Shown here: positions 38,172 through 51,345 of the stretch, piece by piece
How the letters are laid out: every line of letters starts with the position of its first letter
How positions within the stretch are numbered: the first letter of the stretch is position 1
Source: Curvularia clavata
Taxonomy: Eukaryota
Assembly (NCBI GenBank): GCA_023920165.1
Contig: CP089275.1
Span: 5,146,001-5,210,000, forward strand
DNA length: 64,000 bases
Reading direction: 5' to 3'
The notes under the pieces: model-generated
Told to the model about the DNA's origin: nothing
Database searches by the model: none
Seen by the model: the letters and a program-made list of their open reading frames with translations, nothing else
Translations under genes and position numbers: made by a program

Positions 38172-40123
38172 ATGCCTGCATTCTCTCGCTTAGCTGTAGC
38201 TGTTCAGCTCGTCACTCTTTTTCTGTCGCCTGCTCTTGGTGCCGCCACCAACAAGCCTTACGACTATGTCATCGTTGGTGGAGGTGTCACTGGCTTGATT
38301 GTAGCCAACCGTATCTCTGAAGATAAGAGCAGTATGTGTTTGACAAGAAAGCAGTAAACCAAAAAAAACTAACCCCTGAAAACAGAGACCGTTCTCGTAG
38401 TGGAGGCTGGAGACAATGTGGATCGGGACAGCACCAAGATCCCGCTGAAGGCCAATGACCTTTCTTCGGCGAACGGACTGATCTGGGAGAATATCAACTC
38501 TATGCCTGAGCCTGGTCTTGGCAATAGCTCCTACGCTGTCATCGTAGCAAAGGTGCTGGGGGGTGGCTCCGTGAGTAAGTTGAAATTCCTTAGGTTCCAC
38601 CGCATGTTACTGATACAATTGTTCAAGTAAATGGAATGGTGTATGATCGCGGTAGCGCGGCTGATTATGATGCGTGGGAGGCTCTTGGTAACAATGGTTG
38701 GGGTTGGTCAGGCATGCGGAAATATTTCGTCAAGGGCACCAAGTTCCAACCACCTTCACCCGACGTGACTAAGGACTTCAACATCACTTGGGATCCCTCG
38801 GCATACGGCGATGGACCGTTGACAGTGAGCATAACAAGCACCCAGTATGAAGACATCAAATCCTACTGGGCTGCGTGGCGCGCAACCGGCGTGTACGTGC
38901 CCCAGGATGGCAATGCAGGCGAAGCTTATGGTCCCTCTTGGTACGCCAACACGATGGACGCAACTACGGGACGTCGTGCTCATGCTCGTTATGCATACTA
39001 CGACCCCATCCAGTCGCGCCCTAACTTGCACATCCTCACCGGCGCCACTGCCAACAAGATCCTCTTCGATGACGACAGGAAGAAGCCCATGGCCAAGGGC
39101 ATTGAGGTAACTGACAAGACAGGCAAGACTGTCAACTTCTACGCCAAGAAGGAGGTTGTACTTGCTGCCGGTGCCATCCAGACGCCCAAGCTGCTCCAGC
39201 TTAGTGGTGTTGGTCCCAAGGCGGTCTTGGAAGCCGCTGGCATCAAAACCAGGGTTGAGCTCGATGCTGTCGGCTCTAACTTCCAGGATCATCCGTATGC
39301 CACGGTTGTGTTCAACACTACTTCAAACTTCTTCCCCAACCTTAACTCAGTAAACACGAACGTCACTTTCAACGCTTCAGCTTGGAAGGAATACGAAGAG
39401 CACAAGACTGGACCCTACACATACGCTCGCGGTAACGCGCTCGCCTTCATCTCCCTGCCGGACATGACCAACAACAGCCAGGCGATCATTTCTATGCTGA
39501 ACAGCCAGACTGCTACCGATTACCTTCCCAGCATCTACAAGAAGAACAGCAGGCTCGCTCAGGGATTCGCTAAGCAACGCAAGGTCATTGCCGACATCTT
39601 CGGACGCAAAGACGCTGCTGTTGCTGAGTTCCCTGTCCCTGCCGAAGGCAGCTACGGTCTGGTCGGTGTCGAGAAGCCCCTCTCGCGTGGTACCGTCAAC
39701 ATCGACCCCAAGAACCCTAATGGACCTCCTCAGGTCGTCTACAACGCCTTTGTCAACCCAATTGACCGTCTCGTCATGTCTATTGGCCTGCGCTTCTTCC
39801 GTACCGTGTGGGCACGCCCCGAACTCGCTAGCCACAAGATTTCCGAGATGGTTCCTGGTGCTCAGTACACCTCGGACAAGGATATCTATGACGCCCTTCT
39901 CAAGCAGTCTATGCTGTCACCTACTCTTGCTCACCCTTCGGGCTCTTGCCCTATGATGGCCGAGAAGGATGGTGGCTGTGTCAACGATAAGCTGATGGTG
40001 TACGGAACCCAGCACCTGTCTGTTGTCGATGCTTCTATTATTCCTATCATTCCCTCTTGCCATCTCCAAGCTACCATGTATGGCATTGGCGAGAAGGCTG
40101 CTGATATTATCAAGTCTAGGTAG
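38172..40123 (+). CDS. Secreted GMC oxidoreductase (AA3-type), 3 exons
   Basis: Signal peptide, YDYVIVGGGVTG FAD motif, KVLGGGS..NGMVYDRG, EVVLAAGAIQTPKLLQLSGVG, HPSGSC, VVDASIIP..H. Confidence 0.92.
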
Positions 40124-40909
40124 AGCAACAAAGATGGATTGAAGTAAAACATTCACTGTATATAGTTTATTATAATGCCAAACGTTCACAGTAATTGAGA
40201 TGATTGCTGTTGCTGAAGACTTGCTTTTTATACTTTGGGGCAGACCAATTGGCCTTTGAAAAGAATCTTTGATGTTTAACACTTGATTGCCCTAATTCAG
40301 GATTTAGTCCTATCATGTCTAGCAAGGTGATATTACAATAATACTTCTGAAGAGGTTCTAAACATATAGTAGACTAAGACGGAATCGCGAGGTTAGTGAG
40401 ATGTCACTTGACTAATCGTATTACCTGGGCTCCTCTACTCCTAGTAAAATCAAAATTTAAAATTCGAAGCGATCCTAGGTACTATGTGCAAATGCAAGCC
40501 ACTGGCACAGACACAGTATACAATAGTGGCAATTAAAGCTACTTTTAGAAGTGGTGGTTCTGCTAGAATGCCATTTTCCAGTCTCATCAGTTATGAGAGA
40601 ACTGGTGGTCAAAATAAGCTCACAGGCCCGGCAAATACATTATGCTCGGTACATGTTCCGGTTCGGCGTCGAGGCAGTGACATATCTGACTATAACCCAT
40701 GTAGACCAGAGTTTCGGTCGGGAGGTTGCTGCGAGACATCAAACTTTATCCAGGGTGGTTGCCAGGCACACCCACGTCAATAGTCAGACGTGGGGTCCAC
40801 CTAGCGGCGCCCCTCCATGTTGCGTCATTACCAAAAGTTCACCTTGTCCCGCAGCGACGCGCCAGATCACGACGTCCTGCGCACCCACATCGTCCCTCGC
40901 TACGACACC

Positions 40910-42145
40910 ATGAAGCTGCTCAAGAGCCAGATCGAGCAAAAGACGGGCGCGGGGTTTGCGACCCTGCTGCCGGAGGAGCCGGAGGACATGTGGCACGCCT
41001 TCAACCTGATCCAAGAGAACGACCAAGTCCGCGCAAAAGCAGTGCGCCGTGTAACCAAGACATCCGACGCCGGCTCTACCTCATCGCAGCGAATCGCCCT
41101 TGATCTTACCATCACCGTTACGTCGACCGACTTTGATATCGGCTCCGAGCAGCTGCATGTATCCGGCCGGGTCGCAAAAGAAAACGAGCACGTCAAGCTG
41201 GGCCAGCACCACACCTTAGACCTAGAACTGAACCGAAAATTCACATTGGAAAAATCCGATGGCTGGGACAGTGTTGCCCTCGAACAACTCAAAGAAGCGT
41301 GTGATGCCTCGAAACGCGCAGAGTTATGGGCGGTAGTCCTCGGCGAAGGCACCGCCAACATCTGCATGATCACCGAGCACCAAACCATCCTGCGTCAAAA
41401 GGTCGAAGTCCCCGTCCCCAGAAAACGGCGCGGCGGCGTCGACGGCCACACAAAAGGCATGGAGCGTTTCTTCTCCACCACCCTCTCCACTCTCCTACGC
41501 CAGATCGACCTCCCCAGCACATCCTCGACAGCTCAACAACAAGGCAAAACCCTCCCCTTACTCCTTGCGAGCCCCGGCTTCATCGCCACCGCCTTCCTCC
41601 AATACATCAAAGACGAAGCCATCCGCACGACCAACAAACCGCTCATGGCTCTCATCCCCTCCATCATAATCGCCCATTCCTCCTCCGCACACGTCCACTC
41701 CCTAAACGAAGTCCTCTCCTCCCCCGCCATAACCGCAAAACTCTCCGACACAAAATTTGCCCGCGAAACCGCCCTCATGGATAAATTTAACACACTCATG
41801 CGCCAGGACGACGGTCGCGCATGGTATGGGCCCCGCGAGGTGGAGCGCGCAGTCGCGAAGGGTGCTGTGGGGAGAGGTGGTGGAGTGCTGTTAATCAACA
41901 ATGTGCTTTTCCGAGCACAGAATGTTAAGGAACGAAGACGATGGGTTAAGCTAGTTGATCAGGTGAGGGATGTTGAAGGTGGAGAGGTTAGAGTGTTGAG
42001 TTCGTTGCATGAGAGTGGGAAGAGACTTGAGGGACTAGGCAATGTTGCGGCGATATTGACGTATCCGCTGGAGGATCTGGACGAGGAGGGGGAGGAAGGT
42101 GATGAGGTGGGTGGTGGGGAGGAGGAAGGCGAGATGGTGATTTAG
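40910..42145 (+). CDS. dom34: Dom34/Pelota ribosome rescue factor
   Basis: MKLL..LLPEEPEDMWHAFNLI, LGQHHTLDLELNR, LLASPGF, AWYGPREV, SSLHESGKRL..L..IAAILTYP-like C terminus. Confidence 0.95.
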   Translation: MKLLKSQIEQKTGAGFATLLPEEPEDMWHAFNLIQENDQVRAKAVRRVTKTSDAGSTSSQRIALDLTITVTSTDFDIGSEQLHVSGRVAKENEHVKLGQHHTLDLELNRKFTLEKSDGWDSVALEQLKEACDASKRAELWAVVLGEGTANICMITEHQTILRQKVEVPVPRKRRGGVDGHTKGMERFFSTTLSTLLRQIDLPSTSSTAQQQGKTLPLLLASPGFIATAFLQYIKDEAIRTTNKPLMALIPSIIIAHSSSAHVHSLNEVLSSPAITAKLSDTKFARETALMDKFNTLMRQDDGRAWYGPREVERAVAKGAVGRGGGVLLINNVLFRAQNVKERRRWVKLVDQVRDVEGGEVRVLSSLHESGKRLEGLGNVAAILTYPLEDLDEEGEEGDEVGGGEEEGEMVI

Positions 42146-42828
42146 GTTATGTTGTTGTATGCTGGGAAAAGATGAGGTGGAGAGTGGAAATATACCCCTT
42201 CTATTGCTATATAGATTTGCTTGGATACAGAAAATATTCTTAAAATACTTATCTCTAGGATGCATATATGCGGACTGGGGCAAATCTACTTGTCACGCAC
42301 ATTCGATATCATGATTCAAAGACTGTTGTTCATTCATTCATCTCAATCTATACAGCCGTGAAACCAAAACTTCCAAAACACCCCCGCCGAAGCGAAAACA
42401 GTACAAGAAAAAACCAAAGGGACTCTACTAAGCCCCTCCGATCGAAATAGTTAAAAAAAAAGGTATACGGGATATCTCTAAAGTTCGCCTTTGCCATCTC
42501 GCCACCAGCACTCCTTCCTCCTCTTCCTCTACCACCCCCCGCCCCTACCTCCTCTGCCACCTTCTTCCATCGAGCCAAAATAAAGTGAATAGAATGAAAA
42601 AAAAACACCAGGTCATGTGCACTTCATACGTTTCCATCCCAAGCCGCAACCGTCCATCCATGCCAATCCCTACCGACAACTTCCCATAAGAACAACAGGC
42701 AGAGAAAGAAAAAACGCCTACAGAAAACCCCCAAAAAAGAAGACGCTTGCGTACACATCAAAGACATACATAATTACCCACGCACCCCACCCGTGCTTTT
42801 CCCCTTGCTTGTTCTTCCCCTCTCATAC

Positions 42829-45800
42829 TTACTCATCACGATAAAACTTCTTAAAAATCAAATGCAAGAAGAGATTAACGTTGACGCGCGCGACGCCCTC
42901 GCCCTTTCCTCCATCGCCAAACAAATTCATAAACTGATGGTTATCAAACTGCGCCTGGAGCAATCCATCCAGCGGTACCTCTGCAAACGCACCAGGAATC
43001 ATCATCGAGCCCTGGGACCCCTGGATCTCAAAGATACCAGTCTGGTTACTTGAGATGGTGATGTCGAGACGGTCCCACTGGCGCTCATGGTAGCCTGACC
43101 ATGAGATGAGGATACCCTTTTCAGCAAGGTTGCGGGCGGAATATTTGAAGGAGCCGAAGCGGTATTCGCGGCCGCTGTTCTTGAGTTCACGCTGGTGGTT
43201 GTATTGGCGGGTAAAGGGGAGGAGGAATTTCTTTTTGCCCTTTTTGGATTGCAGAGTGATCATGGCTTGCTCGATATAATCGTTGTAGGACTTTAGTTGG
43301 GATTCGAGGAAGTGTGCTTTCTCGTCGAGCGCGGCGAGAGTGGTGCGTACGCCTTCGAGTTCCTTGGCGCGCTGGATGCGGCGGCGGTGCTTGGTGCGGA
43401 TGTCGACTGCGATCGCGTTGAGAAGATCCTGGTAGTTGTTGGTGTGCGTGATGCGGCCGGCGCGTTGAAGTTGGACCATGTTCTCCAGGCAATATTGTTT
43501 CAGGGTAGTGTAGTCGAGATCTAATACAGAGTTCGCGCTCATGTCTGTTGTATAAGTCGAGGCAGCCGAGGAGCGCACCACGTTGTTCTGCCTTCGGGAG
43601 CGGTCTTTGCGCTGGGCGATAATCTCTTCGCTAACAAGAGCGTCCCAGCGGTCCTCATCCTCGCGTGTGACAGGCTTACACATAATCTCTGTGAGGTTGG
43701 CGCCAGTCTGGACACGGATGATGTAGAGCACATAGCGCTTCGTTTCCATGAAGAGAGATTTGATGGGGGCATCAGGATCTATATGGATTAGCAAGCATCT
43801 TCATGTGAGTTTGGGTTTCTTACCTTCTTGTTCATGGTACTTGGGGTTAAGTGTGAGAGTAATTTCACTGGAGCTGACATGCAGCAACTCATTCTCGTTG
43901 TTCTTGGCACTGCCCAGTTCCCGGATAACCTCGCGAAGTGGGTCGTCTTGGGAAGGGCAGAGACTGGGAAGGTCGTCAATTACAAGATTGTGAATGGCGA
44001 ATACATCAGCGAGCTTAATGTAGAGCGTTGGCTTTGTCCTTGCGAACAGGTCATTGAACTCGTCAATCTCAAACTGGGCTTCGGCGGGGCGGACATTGAT
44101 CATGTTCGACCAGATGTCCTGCAGGCGATCAATGGCTTCTGTGATGTAGCTGTTGAGCGGTTGGAGATAAAGGTCGTCACCACCAAACAACTTGCCGACT
44201 GCAATCTGGCCGAGCACCTTAGCAACAGCACCAAGGTTGCGGTTCATCAGAGGCGACAAGCCACGGTCAACGACACCCCAGTGTTGAGGCTGCAACAAAG
44301 CAGGCTGGATGTACCCTTTCCATACCCAGTGGCCGGTGATCTGAAGAAGCTGCTCCTGTGGTTCGTAAGGGAATTTGAGACGAAGCTCCTCAAACATCTG
44401 CTGTGCAATGTAGCGGACACCGTACGGCATTCGGTGGAGGACCTCTTCAAACATGGAGAAGTATTGGTCAGCGACATCTCGGAGATCTTGCAGGTTGTGA
44501 ATGAAGGTTCCACGGGTCTCGGGGTCCTTCAACGCGACATCTCGCGAGACGTTGGGATCACGATGGCTTCGCTGACCGGTCCGAAGCTCTTCGTTGTTGA
44601 TTGCTGACCGGTAGATCTGCATTGGGTCGCTCTCCAGGTCCAGGTGCTCGTTCTCGATGATGTTCTCACGAATTACGGTGCCCAGAACATCTTTCAGGAA
44701 CTTGCGGTCTCGTGGCGAGCGAACATAGCTGGCAAAGAGCTTCATCCAGAAGAAGTTGCCGCGAAGGTAGTCGTGCAACGATGCACAGTTCTCAATCTCC
44801 TCTTTCAGTGATCGTGTCATAAGCTTCAGCAGCCAGTATTCTTCCCTACGCTTCTGGGCTAGTCCAAAGAGGCTCATGGTAAGCTGCTCGATGCGCTTGG
44901 TATCGCTCTCGGCAAGGTTCTGCTCGCGAAGGCGCCTGAAGAGCCTGGCCATATATTGGGGCTGGGTCTGCAGGATGAAGAAAAGCTCCTGGTACTGCTC
45001 CAGTTTTCGGCGCGAGTTCTTGTTGAGGGCCTTGAGATCGAAGGGGTCCTTGGAGGAGATGTCTCTGCTGCTGAGAAGAGTTCCAACATTGCCTCCGTAG
45101 TGCTTTTGATGCTTGACAACTTCGTCCAGGGTGATCTTGTTCTTCACAAGCAGAGCAATCTTAATGTCGAGTTGATCGACGTACTGCTCGGCAAGTTCGT
45201 TTTGTCGGACATGCTGGACAACAGTCTTTCGTAGACGCTCGAATTCTGGCATATTGTTAGTCCTTTGTCATTGGAACAGACGCACAATGTCTTACCAATC
45301 TCTTCGTCGAAATCAATGTCATTGTCGTTAAGGAGGTGCACAAAGTTCTTGACAGTGGATACTGGAGGGTTGGTTCCGCTTGTCAAGCTCTTGTAGGCCT
45401 CACCCTGCTGACGACCGCGAATGAAGCTTTGAACTTTGATGACCTTTTCCATGTTCTCCTTGTAGAACTGCTGCTTCTCTGCAAACTTCCGCCGGATCAA
45501 CAGACCGCGAGCCATGGTCTGCAGATCGATGATAGCTTCTTCGTGCTCTTCGACTTGGCCAAGCTGTAGCCCGATTTGCATGCGCTGGAGCATACCACGT
45601 GCGACTGCCTGGAGGTCAACAATCTCAGGCTCTTGAGCATTGAGCTCGCAGAGTGTGTCGTATGTTCGCTGGCGTTGCATGAAGCCGCGGCACGCGGATT
45701 GCAGGTCGAGAATGGCGGGTTCTTGTGCCTGAAGCTCTCCAAGATCAGAATAATGCTTATGTCGCGTAATGAAACCACGAATGTGCGACTGGAAAGACAA

Positions 45801-48137
45801 GACATTGCTTTCTTGGTCCTGCAGTTGTGCAAGAATATCGGCAATCTCAGAGCGCATCTTTCCTGCGCGCGCCATGGATTGCAAATCTGTGATTTTCGGC
45901 TCTTCTTCTCGGAGAGCTTCCTGGATTTGCTTTACATTGCCTCTCACAACATTGGCGCGAACGCGAGACTGAAGACCAGACCACTCGACTTTGGTGCTTA
46001 CCAGGTTCTCTTGTACTGCCGCGTTTTTGCTCCTAGCGAGGAGACCACGCATAGCAGACTGTAAGAGGGTGATGGTAGATTCTTGTTGGCGAAGACCCTC
46101 TTGATCGGTGCGCATTGACTGACGGACAAGCATGGCTCGCGCAAAGGCTTGGAGTTGGGCGACTTGAGGCTCGTTCTGTTGCAAGTCGGACCACTGCTGG
46201 TCTACTCTTGCTCGGACAAGGGCGCCTCGAATCATAGCCTGCACATCAACGACGCATGGCTCGGTGTCACGAGTTTGTTCGTATCGATCAGCAACACGCA
46301 TTCGCTCCAAGGCTCCGCGTATCGCCGCTTGGAATTGGCGAATGCCATGCTCGTGGCGCTGGATTTTCGACTTTGTGTACTGAACTTGGGCCCTGGCCTT
46401 GCGTCCACGGAACAGGTTCTGTATCTTGAGCACTTGGGGTGCCACATCGTGCCAGTATTGCTCCTGGCCTTGCAATCTTGACCGAACGAGGAAACCTCTG
46501 GCGGCACTCTGCAAAGTCATAGCGAATCGGCGCATGTCCAGTCGGTAAGTGGCAATTTGACGGGCCCAGTCCGCTCGAACGCGGGCCTGGAGATCGACGA
46601 TAAGATGCTCCTGGTCCCAGAGCTCTTGCATCATCATGCCAAGGCGTATTCGAACGAGAGCACCCCGTATCTGCGCTTGCAGGTCCAAGATGATATCCTC
46701 GTTCTCGCCCAGCTCACGATCAATGCGGTCTTCTTCCGACTCGACTGGTTCCGGCTCTGGCTCGACCTGGAAGTTTGCTTGCATGCCTGAGAAGTTGGGC
46801 ATACTAACACCAGACTTGTCTAGGCCCTTTTGTGTCGCTTCGAGTTCGTGATCCTCGAACTGAAGTTTTCCAACCAGGTTGCCAATGCGGAAATCGACGA
46901 TGCCCTTGCGGAACAATAGCCAGGAGAGGGCATGGATACAGTAGATGACCTTGGGAATGTTCTTCTTTTCGTAAAGATCGACCAGTTCGAAGCGAAACAG
47001 ATCCGGGAGTTCAATCTCGGACAAGAACTTGAAGAAGTGAGCGTAGTTGTTAGAGTGTCGGTATTGTAGCTTGGGATCCCGGAAGATGCGCAGTGGCTGT
47101 CCCTTGATGGTCTGAACAATTTCCGCCAGCGTAACACCATCTCGAAGCGCCTCCTCGAGCTCTACCACCGGAGGCAGGTCAGTCTCTATAATGTCCTCCA
47201 TCCATTCTTTGGCTTCTCCTATATGACAAAGATATTCGTAGGCTTGTAAGAACTGACGCTGCTGATCCATCCAGTTTCGGTTCGACCAAGTCGATGCCGA
47301 CTTTTGTCGTGCCGAGTCTGTCCGCTGTAGCCTTCTCCGGCCATTGAGACCTACTACCTGCTGCTCGGGAGATTTGATGGCGAAGTCCTCTTCCGTGCTG
47401 GTCTCTGCAAACTTGGACAGGGTACGCAAATGGCCCGTTGACGACTTTTGGAAGCTCTTAAGTTCTGGTCGCTCGAGGTGGATTGACAGCGGTCGGGAGG
47501 AATGGTCGCGAGTGGGTGCGCGTACCGAGTCGTTTCGCGATATGGCGAGAGAAAGTGGGCGCGGCCTGCCTGTTGGAGAGACGGAGCCATCGTATGGAGC
47601 GTAGATGTTCTCGACACTGTTGGAGCGCATATGGCTGTTGCTTCGGGTCGGGCTGGCTGTGGCAGGTCGCAGAAGCTTTTCCGGAGACGGCGGATTCGAG
47701 TACGTTGGCGCTCGCAGAATCTTTTCGGGCGATGATGGATTGGAAGGCGTCGAGGGTCGCAGCGGCTTCTCGGGTGACGGAGGGTTCGAAAAGGTTGCTT
47801 GTCGTGTCAACTTCTCCGGAGAAGGCGGGTTTGCGGGAGCTTGCTGGAGGGGACGCAATGCCTTGCGCATACTCGAGTAGGTATCGGCGGGCTCTGCTTG
47901 TGAGGATCCAAAGTAGTCATCTGTCCGGCGGTTCAAGAGACCAGCGGCCTCGCTCATGCCGCGGCGGTGGCCCAAGGACGAGTATCCGGCCGAGGCATTG
48001 CTGGACTGTGTACTTGAACGGCTTGGTTGATCTGAGCGGCCCGACGAGGCAGTCGAGGCAGTCGAGGTCTGGCGGAGCGGAGAAGGGGCAGCCGACGAGT
48101 GGCCCAGTCGTGTCCGAGGGGTTGTGAGGTAACTCAT
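42829..48137 (-). CDS. IQG1: IQGAP (CH domain, IQ repeats, RasGAP-related domain, RasGAP_C), 3 exons
   Basis: LQAYEYLCHIGEAKEW CH domain, many LQA..RG.L.R IQ motifs, LDIKIALLVKNKI, C-terminal NVNLFLHLIFKKFY. Confidence 0.93.
47656..47835 (-). repeat. Four ~45-bp coding repeats (NPPSPEK) in the IQGAP N terminus
   Basis: ANPPSPEK, SNPPSPEK, SNPSSPEK, SNPPSPEK at a 15-aa period. Confidence 0.85.
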
Positions 48138-49065
48138 GGTGGGAATGGTTGTGTGTGTTGGTCAAGAGGCCGTCATGGAGGCCCGCGGTGATTAGAAGAT
48201 ATTTGTGTGGTTGCGGCTGCCGAGCAAAGGAAAAGCGCGCACCAAACCAGACGAGATGTCTACAGCCCTGCGACCAGGCGCGCAACTCGAGTCTGCACGG
48301 GCAAAGAAGATAGAAAAGAGCGGGCAATGGGGTATAGCAGGATGGAGGAGCACGGCGTAGCGACTGGAAATGGACATGTGGTTGAGTCCAAGCTTTCGGG
48401 CCCATGTTTACTCGGGCGGCGAGGGCTGCCCGCGAGGGTTGTCGAGCCAACGGCCGCGACGAGAACAACACAGCGCCTCGACCCGCGCGCGCAATGATAT
48501 CCACCATCCGTCACGTCGTCGTCGATCAGGGAAGACTGTGTTAGCGCTCGCCTTCACCGGGACTGCCCTGACGGCCGCCATGGTCGTTTCTGCACCGTGT
48601 GCAGCTCAAAGCAAGCAGAGGGCAGCGACACCGCCACTTGGACCAACCACCGTCGCCTTTGCACGGAGACGCAGTGCGCCCCAGCGCGTCTCTAGCGTGC
48701 ACCCACACAGGTCGAAATAAATTCGTCTCGACTGCGCACTCTCTCGACCAATTCATCTCATCATCTTTAGTCGTCTTGTTGTCGCCCACCGTCATACACG
48801 CCTACAATGGCCATGGCCGGCGACGCGTCTCGCACCAACGCGCTAAAAGGCGGGGTCACCTGAACCGCTCTCGGCCTTGGCATTCGCGCCCACTGAAATT
48901 CTTTCCCCGCCGTCATTCTCTGACAACTTTTTTTTCTCTTGGGAAAGCCCGCCTCTTTCCCCGGCCAGTGTCTTTGCTCAAGATTCACGGTCTGCTTTCC
49001 TTCACTTGATACCCCTCGAGCCCTTGTCTGTTCCTCGACAAGCTCTTTTCTTTTTTTAAAAAGTC

Positions 49066-50988
49066 ATGCCCATTGCAAACGGCGACGCCATGACCAACAC
49101 CACAGTCGACGCCCTGGACTACACCAAGGCCCTTGAGATTCTCAAGAACGAGTACGCCGAGCGCGATGGCATCGACGTCAAGACGCTCATCGACTCCAAG
49201 AAGAACGGTGGTCTGACGTACAATGACTTCCTCATGCTCCCCGGATACATTGGTGCGTTTGCCTCGCAATTTTGCAATTCCCACCTTACGAAATCCCTTT
49301 CGTGCCACCTGGGTTGCGCCATTGTCTGTTCTGCAGTATCCTGACTGAGCCCATAGGCTTCCCTGCCTCCGAGGTGGCCCTTGATACGCCAATCACCAAG
49401 CGCATCTCCCTGAAGACGCCCTTTGTCTCCTCTCCCATGGACACGGTCACTGAGCACAACATGGCCATCCACATTGCCCTCCTCGGAGGTCTTGGTGTCA
49501 TCCACCACAACTGCTCTCAGGATGACCAAGCCGAGATGGTGCGCAAGGTCAAGCGCTTCGAGAACGGCTTCATTCTCGACCCCGTCGTCATCTCGCCCAC
49601 AACCACCGTTGGTCAGGCAAAGGCTCTCAAGGAGAAGTGGGGTTTCGGTGGCTTCCCCGTCACTGGTAAGTGATGCGCAGTTTTCCTATCCCTTGTTCGC
49701 ACTGTGATGATTACCTTTTCAATTTTTAACTTTCGTTCATCCGCAACGATTCCGTCGTGCTGTGGAGAAAATGTATCTGAAATGCTTCTTACTTGCTACA
49801 CTCTTGCCAATGTACTTCAAGGCGCATTCGCTAACAGTGGCTACAGAGAACGGCACTCTGCGCTCCAAGCTCGTTGGTATCATCACTCCCCGCGACATTC
49901 AGTTCCACGACAAGCTCGATGACCCCGTCACCGCGGTCATGTCGACCGACCTCGTAACCGCCCGTCACGGCGTCGAGCTCAAGGAGGCCAACGACATCCT
50001 TAACAAGTCCAAGAAGGGCAAGCTCCCCATTGTCGATGAGAACTTCAACCTCATTGCTCTGCTGTCGCGCTCCGACTTGATGAAGAACCTCAACTTCCCA
50101 CTTGCCTCCAAGCTCCCACACTCCAAGCAGCTCATCGCTGCCGCTGCCATTGGTACCCGCCCAGAGGACAAGATCCGCCTGCAGAAGCTTGTGGATGCTG
50201 GTCTTGACATTGTCATCCTCGACAGCAGCCAGGGCAACAGCATGTACCAGATCGAAATGATCAAGTACATCAAGGAGAAGTACCCTCAGCTCGACGTCAT
50301 TGGCGGAAACGTCGTCACCCGCGAGCAGGCCGCTGCCCTCATCGCCGCCGGTGCTGACGGTCTGCGAATTGGTATGGGCAGTGGAAGTGCCTGCATCACC
50401 CAGGAAGTCATGGCTGTCGGCCGCCCACAGGCCACTTCCGTCTACAACGTCACCTCGTTTGCCCGACGATTCGGCGTGCCCTGCATTGCCGATGGTGGTA
50501 TCCAGAACGTTGGACACATTGTCAAGGGTCTGGCCATGGGTGCCTCAACTGTCATGATGGGTGGTCTTCTCGCCGGTACCACCGAGTCTCCCGGAGAGTA
50601 CTTTGTCAGCCGTGACGGTCAGCTCGTCAAGGCCTACCGTGGTATGGGCAGTATCGCTGCCATGGAGGACAAGAAGGCCGGAGGCGGCGCTGCCGACTCC
50701 AAGGCCAGCAATGCCGGTACCGCCCGCTACTTCTCCGAGGGTGACCGTGTCTTGGTTGCCCAGGGTGTGTCTGGATCCGTCCAGGACCGTGGTTCTATTA
50801 CCAAGTTTGTTCCTTACCTCATGGCTGGTGTCCAGCACTCGCTGCAGGACATCGGTGTCAAGAGCCTTGCTGCGCTCCAAGAGGGTGTCAACAATGGAAC
50901 GGTTAGGTTCGAGTTGCGCACTGCTAGCGCACAAGCTGAGGGCAATGTCCACGGACTGCACAGCTTTGACAAGAAGCTCTACTCTTAG
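49066..50988 (+). CDS. imdA: Inosine-5'-monophosphate dehydrogenase; introns 49253-49356 and 49666-49846
   Basis: [21 protein letters not shown] domains, [12 protein letters not shown] catalytic Cys loop, YRGMGS, VAQGVSG. Confidence 0.97.
49700..49785 (+). ncRNA. snR54: Intronic box C/D snoRNA, snR54-like (18S rRNA 2'-O-methylation guide)
   Basis: Box C GTGATGA 49704-49710, guide TAACTTTCGTTC 49727-49738 complementary to 18S GAACGAAAGUUA, box D CTGA 49777-49780, all inside IMPDH intron 2. Confidence 0.85.
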
Positions 50989-51345
50989 ACGAGATGGATG
51001 AACAAAAGTGATTCAATGCATTGGAAGGGCGTTAGTGGATGACTGCTTGGCTATGGAATTCCCTCTTTATTAGACACGCGACATACGAAGATGACTGATG
51101 TTATTTTTATTGGAGCAATGGATAGGTGCAAACCAATGATACCACAAACTCTGTTTGATTTTACCACGAGAATACATGTCTTTTGCTAGTTGAGGGTGAT
51201 GCTGCCAGAAATTTCCCCGCCGTCTTGACTCGGGTACCCCATTCCATTACGCTAGTCATGTACCTCGGCATGTCTTCATCCTTCCCCAACTACACACCGC
51301 ATATGACGCGCCAGCCCTGGTAGTCGCGCCTTCTCGAGACTAGAT

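Noticed and set aside
40290..40500. AT/TpA-rich patch as a RIP-degraded element (similar patch at ~33050-33250)
   Set aside because: No termini, repeats or coding remnants identifiable.
49066..50988. IMPDH as a self-resistance gene of a mycophenolate-type cluster
   Set aside because: Keeps the canonical PGEYF Tyr, hosts the conserved snoRNA, and has no PKS or tailoring genes nearby; it looks like the housekeeping copy.
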